NCBI GenBank assembly: GCA_964497435.1
Contig: CAZCCD010000004.1
Coordinates: 32,726-42,522 of the forward strand
Length of the DNA stretch: 9,797 nt
Direction: 5' to 3'
DNA from: Candidatus Woesearchaeota archaeon
GTDB lineage: Archaea > Nanobdellota > Nanobdellia > Pacearchaeales > GW2011-AR1
In this document: positions 1-6,049 of the stretch, in pieces
Layout: every line of letters begins with the position of its first letter
Numbering within the stretch: the first letter of the stretch is position 1
Notes under the pieces: model-generated
Told to the model about the DNA's origin: nothing
Seen by the model: only the letters and a program-made list of their open reading frames with translations
The model's database searches: none
Made by a program: the position numbers and the translations under genes

Positions 1-54
1 ATTTATAAGTTTTCCTCTTAATGTGAAGCATGAAAGTATTTTTATACCATAAAG

Positions 55-64
55 TTTTTATATT
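55..64 (+). promoter_or_regulatory. archaeal TATA-box-like element for the 84-362 ORF
   Basis: tttttatatt is centred about 24 nt upstream of the ATG at 84. This spacing implies a leaderless or near-leaderless mRNA. Confidence 0.4.
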
Positions 65-83
65 GTTTTTTATGAGATAATAA

Positions 84-362
84 ATGGTAAGAAAAACATT
101 AGATGAAAGAGTATTTATTATTGATCCATCACAACTTAAGGCAGTTGATGGAGTTCAATTCACGAAACCATTAAGAGTGAGAGTTGAACTGGTTGAAAAT
201 TATTCAGATAATGGTAATTCTAGCTATAGTGTTTATGTAGATAGCAAACATATAGCCACTAGATTTAATAGAGATAAAGCTGGAGAGGACTTTAATAGTA
301 TTTTAAGATTAATTGAAAAAAGGGATTTTGAAATTTATTTTGAATATGGTCTTTCATTCTAA
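84..362 (+). CDS. hypothetical small soluble protein (92 aa), no family recognised
   Basis: Complete ATG-to-TAA ORF. A TATA-like box (tttttatatt, 55-64) is centred about 24 nt upstream of the ATG, matching the other genes here. No TM segment or signal peptide. No motif I can assign. It converges on ppsA with a 23-nt gap. Confidence 0.5.
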   Translation: MVRKTLDERVFIIDPSQLKAVDGVQFTKPLRVRVELVENYSDNGNSSYSVYVDSKHIATRFNRDKAGEDFNSILRLIEKRDFEIYFEYGLSF

Positions 363-376
363 TTATAACATATAAG

Positions 377-381
377 AAAAA
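377..381 (-). terminator. oligo-T run (coding strand) just downstream of the ppsA stop; possible archaeal intrinsic terminator
   Basis: The minus strand reads TAATATGTTTTTC, with the T5 run 4 nt after the TAA stop at 386-388. Archaeal RNAP terminates at oligo-T tracts. The convergent plus-strand ORF has its own T5 run at 392-396. Weak evidence in AT-rich DNA. Confidence 0.3.
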
Positions 382-385
382 CATA

Positions 386-2695
386 TTATTCTTTTTGATA
401 TTTTCTTGGCTCTTCGTCTGTCCCGGAAACCAAGGATTTTTCAAGTTCAGCAACATATTCAGATATTTCTTTTGCTTTGTCAGCATTGACACTAATTGAA
501 TCTATGCCTTTTTCCACCAAAAATTTGACCATTTCTTTTTTGCTTCCTGCCTGTCCACATATAGATGTTTCAACGTTATTTCTTTTACAAACCCTTATTA
601 CAAATTCCAACTGATATAATACTGCTAGATTCATTTCATCATATAGATATTGGACTTTTTCATTTCCTCTATCTATTGCTAATATATATTGAGTTAAATC
701 ATTGGTCCCAAAAGATATAAAATGAATTCCTTCTTCACACAAATTTCTTATTATTTGGACTGCTGCAGGAGTTTCAATCATTACACCTACTTTTGCATTT
801 TCAAATCCGATTTCTTTTAAAATTTTTTTTACATCTCTAACTTCTTCGACCAAGATTACTTGAGGAAGCAGTATGCCTATCTTTGTTCCCTTCACAGCAA
901 CTCTTTTAAATGCATTTAATTCTGCTTTTAATATTTCAGGGTTTTTTAACCCATATCTTATTCCATGAAAACCAAGCATGGGGTTTGCTTCAACTTCTTT
1001 AGGTGCTCCTTCTAAATGTTGGAATTCGTCTGTCCTTATATCAGATGTTCTTACCCAGACTTCATCAAAATAACTGGCAATTTTTTCAACACCTTTATAT
1101 ATGATCTCTTCATAATCTTTGACATGGCCTTTTTTCAAAAAATATTCTGGATGTTTTCCTGATTCAGCTATTATTCCTTCAATTCTTGTTAAACCAACTG
1201 CTCTTGCTCCTGATTTAGAGGCTCTTTCAGCAAAGCTTGGCAAGTCAACTATTACTTTTATTTTTGTTTTTGTCCTTGAGGTTATTGGAAGGACTTCTTT
1301 TTTTTCACTTTCTGAAACTTTTCCTTTGTATATTTTTCCTGTATAACCATCTACAGTTATTATTTCACCTTCTTTAAATTTAGTAGTTGCTTCTTGTGTT
1401 CCAACAACAGCCGGAATTCCCATTTCACGAGAGACAATTGCTGCATGAGCTGTTAAACCTCCTTCATCAGTGACTATTGCAGATGATTTTTGCATAGCAA
1501 CAACCATGTCAGGATTTGTCATTTTTGTAACTAAAATATCTCCTTGTTTTATTTTATGGAGATCTTCTATTTTATGAATTATTTTTATCTTTCCATAAGC
1601 TATTCCTGGAGAAGCTGCTAATCCTGTGAGTATTACTTCTCCCTTCAGATCAGAAGTTCCTTCAAATCTTTTTTCTAGTGTTGTTATTGGCCTTGTCTGA
1701 ACAATAAATATTTCATTATTTTCGATGGCAAATTCTATGTCTTGGGGTTTTTTATAATGCTCTTCAAGCTGATGAGCTATGGATGTGAGTCTTTTTATTT
1801 CATGATCTTTTAGAACTTGTTGCCTTGATTTTTCTTCTTTTAACTTTACAATTTCCTGGCTACCTGCAGAATTTCTTGTAATTGCTATTTTTTTGTCTGC
1901 TATTTTTTTGCTAATGATTTCTAATTCAGGAGAAACTCGATATGTGTCTGGAGTTATTCTTCCCGAGACAATTCCTTCTCCTAAACCAAAAACAGCCTCG
2001 ACTATTGTGTTGTCTGATTTATATGCAGGATCTTTTGAGAATATGACTCCTGACTTATCACTATCTATCATCCTCTGAACAACAACTGCCAGGCTAACTC
2101 TACCATGTTCAAATCCTTTTTTATGCCTATAATATGTTGCCCTTGAAGTAAATAATGATGCAAAACATTTTTTTACATGGAGTATTAATTCGCTTTTTCC
2201 TTTTACGTTTAAGTAGGTGTCTTGTTGTCCTGCAAAACTAGCTTCTGCAAGGTCTTCGGCTGTTGCACTGCTTCTTACAGCAACAAATGCAGGTTCAGCT
2301 CCTCTTTTTAATATATCTAGAGCTGTCCCGCTCGTTCCTTCTTCTAAATCCTCTCCTAAGATATTATATGAATCAAGAATTTCTTCTTCCATTTCTTCAG
2401 GCATTTTTGCTTTAACAATCAAATCCCTTATTTGAGAGGTTATATTATCTAATTGTTTTGTGTCTTCGTAATTTATGTTTTTTAAAAGAATATCAATTTT
2501 ATTGTCTAATCCAGCACTTTTAATGAAATAATCATAAGCTTGAGCGGTCACTACAAATCCAGGAGGCACAGGGGCTTTAGCATTGAATATCTCTCCTAAA
2601 TTAGCGCCCTTTCCACCAGCAACACTGCCAGAATTCTTGTTTAATTCAGAAAACCACTTTATAAACTCGATTTTTTCCTCTTTATTTGCCTTCAT
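386..2695 (-). CDS. ppsA: phosphoenolpyruvate synthase (pyruvate, water dikinase)
   Basis: 769-aa ORF with the three-domain order of PEP synthase. N-terminal ATP-grasp/PPDK_N-type motif GGKGANLGEI. Central swivel phosphohistidine motif TDEGGLTAHAAIVSREMGIPAVVG (His codon = complement of 1445-1447). C-terminal PEP-utilising TIM-barrel motifs MIETPAA, FISFGTNDLTQY and CGQAGS. The length fits PpsA rather than the longer PPDK. A TATA-like box lies about 25 nt upstream, and an oligo-T run on the coding strand follows the stop directly. Confidence 0.93.
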   Translation of the reverse strand: MKANKEEKIEFIKWFSELNKNSGSVAGGKGANLGEIFNAKAPVPPGFVVTAQAYDYFIKSAGLDNKIDILLKNINYEDTKQLDNITSQIRDLIVKAKMPEEMEEEILDSYNILGEDLEEGTSGTALDILKRGAEPAFVAVRSSATAEDLAEASFAGQQDTYLNVKGKSELILHVKKCFASLFTSRATYYRHKKGFEHGRVSLAVVVQRMIDSDKSGVIFSKDPAYKSDNTIVEAVFGLGEGIVSGRITPDTYRVSPELEIISKKIADKKIAITRNSAGSQEIVKLKEEKSRQQVLKDHEIKRLTSIAHQLEEHYKKPQDIEFAIENNEIFIVQTRPITTLEKRFEGTSDLKGEVILTGLAASPGIAYGKIKIIHKIEDLHKIKQGDILVTKMTNPDMVVAMQKSSAIVTDEGGLTAHAAIVSREMGIPAVVGTQEATTKFKEGEIITVDGYTGKIYKGKVSESEKKEVLPITSRTKTKIKVIVDLPSFAERASKSGARAVGLTRIEGIIAESGKHPEYFLKKGHVKDYEEIIYKGVEKIASYFDEVWVRTSDIRTDEFQHLEGAPKEVEANPMLGFHGIRYGLKNPEILKAELNAFKRVAVKGTKIGILLPQVILVEEVRDVKKILKEIGFENAKVGVMIETPAAVQIIRNLCEEGIHFISFGTNDLTQYILAIDRGNEKVQYLYDEMNLAVLYQLEFVIRVCKRNNVETSICGQAGSKKEMVKFLVEKGIDSISVNADKAKEISEYVAELEKSLVSGTDEEPRKYQKE

Positions 2696-2715
2696 AACAC
2701 TTAAAGAACTGAGAT

Positions 2716-2725
2716 ATTAATAAAG
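2716..2725 (-). promoter_or_regulatory. archaeal TATA-box-like element for ppsA
   Basis: The minus strand reads ctttattaat, centred about 25 nt upstream of the ppsA ATG (2695). Confidence 0.4.
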
Positions 2726-2850
2726 CTTATTATTTGAGTTTTCTTACGCATTATTTTATCATTAATCTGTCTTAAGCGAGCTTCTCTAACTAAATCAGTA
2801 ATATGGAGCTATTTAATAAACTAAATTAATTTTTAATGAAAAGAATATTT

Positions 2851-3030
2851 TTATTTGCTTATGCAATGCACAGGACATCCACTTATAGCGTCCTCTACAC
2901 AAGGAAGTTTTGATTTTTCCTGCCCCTTTTTTACTTGAGCTTTTCCTTTATTTCCCATTTCAAAGACTTCAGGGCAGACTTGAGTGCAGTGTCCGCATCC
3001 AATGCATATTTTTTGGTCAACCTTCACCAT
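2851..3030 (-). CDS. fdx: small single-cluster [4Fe-4S]/[3Fe-4S] ferredoxin (Pyrococcus/Thermotoga type)
   Basis: 59-60 aa. Cluster motif C-IG-C-GH-C-TQV-CP near the N-terminus plus a distal C-P (GCPVHC). In MMVKV numbering the likely ligands are C10, C13, C16 and C53. C20 and C45 occupy the positions of the disulfide pair known in P. furiosus-type ferredoxins, and C57 is extra. The FEM..GKAQ core resembles that family. The ORF track starts at a TTG (3033); the adjacent ATG at 3030 is the more likely start. Confidence 0.85.
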   Translation of the reverse strand: MVKVDQKICIGCGHCTQVCPEVFEMGNKGKAQVKKGQEKSKLPCVEDAISGCPVHCISK

Positions 3031-3087
3031 CAATGAGATAGTTAAAATATGTTTAATAATATTTTGGTGTTTGAAGAACCAATAAAA

Positions 3088-4215
3088 CTAAGAAGAGCTT
3101 ATGTCAAAGGTGTAAAGGCTTTGTATTTCTCCAGCAGTTAAAGATCTGTTGAAGATCATGACTTCATCAAGAGTGCCGTTGAATGGATTGTAAAATTCAA
3201 AAGAATCCGAGTCTCCCCCTATTTTTAAACTGTGGGTTGATACCCTTATGGATCCTGAAGTAGAGAGTTGTCCGCGCGGATTTCCATTATGGTACATTTG
3301 CATAGAAGATCCATTATAAGTGCTAGCAATTTGATGCCAAGTATAGGCGGGTAATGTAGATGTGGCTGTCAATGAATTTGCAATAGTAGTAAATGTCCTA
3401 AAATAAGTATCGTTTCCATATCCGTACAAAAGAGTGTAGCTTCCAGCTCCAGTATTAGGATTTGTATTATCATCTTTTGATATTAGCAACTTATCTCTAT
3501 TGTTAATTCCTGGAATTTGGTATGCCCATACAACTAAGGTTATCTCATTTGTTATATCTAAGCTTGGATTATTGGAAACATTAATGTAATCATCAAGACC
3601 ATCAAACTTATACCCCTGCCCAAACTTTCCTTGTATTGGTTGGGGAGGCGCATTCCCATCCGCATTAGTTAGGTTTGCGTCTACTAAATTCCCATTATTC
3701 CTTCCCATTTCATCATTCGCATTTCCTTCAAACCTCCACCAAGAAACTAAACCTTGCATGTTTTTTACAGCCTCGACACCAGTGAATTTAACTATGTCAG
3801 CAGCATCAGCTGTTTTTCCTTTTCCTGATTCAGTAGGAAGTATTGGAGCTATCACGACTTGTTTTACTATTCCATTATAAGGCACTGAAAAAGTCTTGAC
3901 TTCTAATTCTTGCAATTTTGCATTCTTGTCTTCAATAACTTGAGAATTTACTCCATCTGTCAATATAAAACTTATTCCAGCCATTTCCCCTCTTCCAACA
4001 TTTCTTTTTACAGTCACGTCAACGTTTCCTGGTTTCATCAAGACCTTTTCTATATTTAGATTAAGTGTGTATTTTGATAAGGAAACATCTTCGACTCCTT
4101 TAGAAATGACATTTCTTATCACCACCCAGACTATGGAAATAGCAACTAAAGAAATAAGTATTATTATTAACATAGTTACTACACCAGAAAGGCCTTTCTT
4201 ATCACTCTTTTTCAT
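3088..4215 (-). CDS. exported protein: archaeal type IV pilin-like (class III) signal peptide + beta-rich middle + C-terminal LamG/concanavalin-A-like lectin domain
   Basis: The N-terminus MKKSDKKG/LSGVVTMLIIILISLVAISIVWVV has a short basic leader, Gly at -1, then G-[LV]-S-x-V-[VI] and a hydrophobic helix of about 22 aa, as in the archaeal Pilin_N/flagellin N-terminal domain. Residues about 156-368 (nt 3112-3750) carry Laminin_G_3 hallmarks: LVSWWRFEGNANDE, GKFGQGYKFDGLDDYINV, YTWHQIASTYNG, and the tail FNGTLDEVMIFNRSLTAGEIQSLY. Confidence 0.8.
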   Translation of the reverse strand: MKKSDKKGLSGVVTMLIIILISLVAISIVWVVIRNVISKGVEDVSLSKYTLNLNIEKVLMKPGNVDVTVKRNVGRGEMAGISFILTDGVNSQVIEDKNAKLQELEVKTFSVPYNGIVKQVVIAPILPTESGKGKTADAADIVKFTGVEAVKNMQGLVSWWRFEGNANDEMGRNNGNLVDANLTNADGNAPPQPIQGKFGQGYKFDGLDDYINVSNNPSLDITNEITLVVWAYQIPGINNRDKLLISKDDNTNPNTGAGSYTLLYGYGNDTYFRTFTTIANSLTATSTLPAYTWHQIASTYNGSSMQMYHNGNPRGQLSTSGSIRVSTHSLKIGGDSDSFEFYNPFNGTLDEVMIFNRSLTAGEIQSLYTFDISSS

Positions 4216-4230
4216 CTTAATTTATTAAAT

Positions 4231-4261
4231 GAATCTTACAGAATCTTTTTGTTCAGATTCT
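4231..4261. repeat. three GAATCT motifs (two direct copies 10 nt apart, one inverted) in the leader of the pilin/LamG gene
   Basis: gaatctt occurs at 4231-4237 and 4241-4247, with an inverted copy agattc at 4255-4260. agaatct (4240-4246) and agattct (4255-4261) can form a 7-bp stem with an 8-nt loop. The repeats lie 16-46 nt upstream of the ATG at 4215. Confidence 0.45.
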
Positions 4262-4291
4262 AGTTTTTCATCTGATATTAATGTAATTCAC

Positions 4292-4301
4292 ATTTATAAA
4301 T
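4292..4301. promoter_or_regulatory. perfectly palindromic TATA-like element in the divergent intergenic region
   Basis: atttataaat is its own reverse complement. It is the nearest well-formed TATA for the minus-strand pilin/LamG gene and would give a 5' UTR of about 55 nt. It could in principle fire in either direction. Confidence 0.3.
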
Positions 4302-4346
4302 TATATTTCTTTAATTATTTTAAAATTTTACAAATATTTTAGTTAA

Positions 4347-4356
4347 CTTTATAAAC
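4347..4356 (+). promoter_or_regulatory. archaeal TATA-box-like element for lemA
   Basis: ctttataaac is centred 25 nt upstream of the ATG at 4377. Confidence 0.45.
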
Positions 4357-4376
4357 AAACTTTTTCTTTAATTTTC

Positions 4377-4931
4377 ATGGTATGGTTATGGATACTAATT
4401 GCAGTAGTTGCGTTAATAATAATTTTAATTATGATTTATTATAACAGATTTGCAGTCCTTTCAAATAGGATTGATAATTCTCTATCACAAATAGATGTTC
4501 AGTTAAAGAGAAGGGCTGACTTAATTCCTAATTTAGTCGAGAGTGTTAAAGGATATATGAAGCACGAAAAAGCAGCCATAAAAGCTGTTACAGATGCAAG
4601 AAAATCTTTAGTTTCTGCAAAAGACATTCCAAGTAGAGTAAAAGCTAATAATATCCTTGAAGGAGCTTTAGGAAAATTATTCGCAATTGCAGAAGCATAT
4701 CCTGATTTGAAAGCAAATACTAATTTCTTACAATTACAAAATGAATTAACCTCAACAGAAGACAGGATTGCTTATTCGAGGCAGTTTTACAATGACAGCA
4801 TTTTATCATACAATAACTTATGCACAACTTTCCCAGGAAAAATGTTTGCAGGAATGTTTGGAAGAAATGAAAAAGAATATTTGAAAATAGCAGAGGCAGA
4901 GAGGAAGGTTGTGAAAGTTGAGTTTGAGTAA
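4377..4931 (+). CDS. lemA: LemA family membrane protein
   Basis: 184 aa with one N-terminal TM helix (VWLWILIAVVALIIILIMIYY). Near-consensus LemA motifs follow: IDVQLKRRADLIPNLVESVKGYMKHE, AEAYPDLKANTNFLQLQNELTSTEDRIAYSRQFYND, YNNLCTTFPG. TATA box ctttataaac (4347-4356) is centred 25 nt upstream of the ATG. Confidence 0.9.
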   Translation: MVWLWILIAVVALIIILIMIYYNRFAVLSNRIDNSLSQIDVQLKRRADLIPNLVESVKGYMKHEKAAIKAVTDARKSLVSAKDIPSRVKANNILEGALGKLFAIAEAYPDLKANTNFLQLQNELTSTEDRIAYSRQFYNDSILSYNNLCTTFPGKMFAGMFGRNEKEYLKIAEAERKVVKVEFE

Positions 4932-5143
4932 GGCACTGTCAAGTTATCAAGACATAACCAAAATTTCTAATTTTCTAAATTGCTGTTCACCTTCATTCAC
5001 AGATTTAATTAACATTTTAATAAATTCACGACGAGTAAATGCGAGAAGTGCAAATTTTACATATAAATAAAAGCAATCTTTAAGATTATTTTAAATTAAA
5101 AGAAGAATATCATCTTAAGTTGACAGTATTTTTGAGTAAAAAC

Positions 5144-5153
5144 CTTTATATAA
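5144..5153 (+). promoter_or_regulatory. archaeal TATA-box-like element for the secreted Cys-rich protein gene
   Basis: ctttatataa is centred 25 nt upstream of the ATG at 5174. It lies inside the TTG-extended ORF from the track, which argues against that extension. Confidence 0.45.
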
Positions 5154-5173
5154 TCTTAACCTTTAGAAATAAA

Positions 5174-5794
5174 ATGAGGAAAATCTCAGTAATTTTCGTC
5201 CTAGTAATTTTGTTATTTTCTCCTTTTGCATATTCTGCTGGAACCTCGGAAGGAGGAAGTACAGACAGAACTATTTCAAACAACTCCAATAACTCACTAA
5301 ATGACACAAATACCACAAATCCTGGTTTTACAAGAGTCAATTGTGATATTGCCGGAGATTTAAGAGACAGAATAGAATGCAGACTTGAAAACAGAGGAAA
5401 CTTTACAGATAGTGGTGTTCCTGAAACATGCAGAGGCATAGAAAGAGAAGCTGGTTGTGTTGCCTTATACAGGAGCGCTGTTGGTTGTTATAATGAAAAT
5501 AACTCAAGGGAAAGAAAAGCATGTTTTTTAAGGGTTGCAGGAATTTTGCAAGGCGGAACTTTAAGGTTAGCCAACAACGAGAAAAAAGGAGATTATGTAA
5601 TATTATTGCTTTACGAAGTTCAAGAGAGAATAGAAAAAATGCAAGAAAGAGGGTTGTTAACTTTAGAGGAGGCCAGTTCTCTAATTGTGAAAATTGTTGA
5701 AATTAAACAAGATATACTTAATGGCAAAAAAAGGGCAGATATAATGCCTAAGATAAGGGAATTAAAAGAAATGTACTTTAATGCTATACAATGA
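5174..5794 (+). CDS. secreted hypothetical protein with an Asn/Ser/Thr-rich linker, a six-Cys region and a helical C-terminus
   Basis: I place the start at ATG 5174, not the track's TTG at 5120. This gives a clean signal peptide (MRKISVIFVLVILLFSPFAYSA/G) and puts TATA box ctttatataa (5144-5153) 25 nt upstream. A low-complexity N/S/T linker with N-x-S/T sequons (NNS, NDT, NTT) is followed by six Cys (NCD, ECR, TCR, GCV, GCY, ACF). The C-terminus is charged and predicted helical. No family recognised. Confidence 0.65.
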   Translation: MRKISVIFVLVILLFSPFAYSAGTSEGGSTDRTISNNSNNSLNDTNTTNPGFTRVNCDIAGDLRDRIECRLENRGNFTDSGVPETCRGIEREAGCVALYRSAVGCYNENNSRERKACFLRVAGILQGGTLRLANNEKKGDYVILLLYEVQERIEKMQERGLLTLEEASSLIVKIVEIKQDILNGKKRADIMPKIRELKEMYFNAIQ

Positions 5795-5994
5795 AAGGAA
5801 AAACTTTAATCTGGATAATTGCAATAATTTTGTTAGCCTTAATTTTGATTTTTGCTTTTTCTGGAAAAGAGAGTTCTGATTCTGGTACTGGTGGAACTGA
5901 GGCAACAGATACTCTTTCAGAGCAAGGAAGAGATATTGATTCTGATACAAACTTATTCGTTGAAATAGAAGAAGCCGGAAATTTGTTGGAATGA
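5791..5994 (+). CDS. small membrane-anchored protein with an acidic Ser/Thr/Gly-rich tail (67 aa)
   Basis: Its ATG overlaps the upstream TGA (ATGA at 5791-5794), which suggests translational coupling. N-terminal TM helix LIWIIAIILLALILIFAF, then an acidic, disordered-looking tail (..DSGTGGTEATD..DIDSD..EIEEAGNLLE). Preferred over the fully overlapping antisense ORF 5762-6013, which is low-complexity. Short and unassigned, so only moderate confidence. Confidence 0.45.
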   Translation: MKGKTLIWIIAIILLALILIFAFSGKESSDSGTGGTEATDTLSEQGRDIDSDTNLFVEIEEAGNLLE

Positions 5995-6020
5995 ATTTTT
6001 GTTTATTTTTCACAATTAAC

Positions 6021-6030
6021 TTTATATATA
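6021..6030 (+). promoter_or_regulatory. archaeal TATA-box-like element for the beta-helix/dockerin gene
   Basis: tttatatata is centred about 25 nt upstream of the ATG at 6050. Confidence 0.45.
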
Positions 6031-6049
6031 ATTCTTTTATTATATTATC

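Noticed and set aside
1-31. Possible minus-strand gene start (ATG at 31-29, MLHIKRKTYK...) running off the left edge
   Set aside because: Only 10 codons are visible. The nearest TATA-like sequence is about 12 nt upstream, which does not fit the spacing seen for the other genes. It cannot be evaluated.
292-492. Minus-strand 66-aa ORF spanning the convergent ends of the 92-aa ORF and ppsA
   Set aside because: It overlaps the 3' ends of two better-supported genes and crosses the likely terminator region. Its composition is Lys/Asn/Ile-rich low complexity, as expected from AT-rich DNA.
1119-2435. Three plus-strand ORFs (1119-1346, 1893-2078, 2217-2435) lying antisense inside ppsA
   Set aside because: They are fully embedded in a high-confidence, motif-rich gene on the other strand. 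Their products are low-complexity Ser/Pro/Ile-rich sequences with no motifs, and they have no promoter elements. These are typical shadow ORFs.
4932-5143. Long (about 240 nt) lemA-downstream intergenic region with TTCTAA repeats and a 22-aa minus-strand ORF (MLIKSVNEGEQQFRKLEILVMS)
   Set aside because: The repeats are short and AT-rich, so chance is likely. The ORF is tiny with no promoter or conserved features visible. I saw no convincing secondary structure.
5120-5173. TTG-initiated N-terminal extension (MTVFLSKNLYIILTFRNK) of the secreted protein in the ORF track
   Set aside because: The extension would bury the signal peptide. It also contains the TATA box (5144-5153), which sits exactly 25 nt upstream of the internal ATG at 5174.
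5146-6013. Minus-strand ORFs 5146-5439 (97 aa) and 5762-6013 (83 aa)
   Set aside because: They lie antisense to plus-strand genes that have signal or TM features, TATA boxes and an ATGA coupling overlap. Their translations are low-complexity (Leu/Phe/Gln/Lys-rich) with no motifs.
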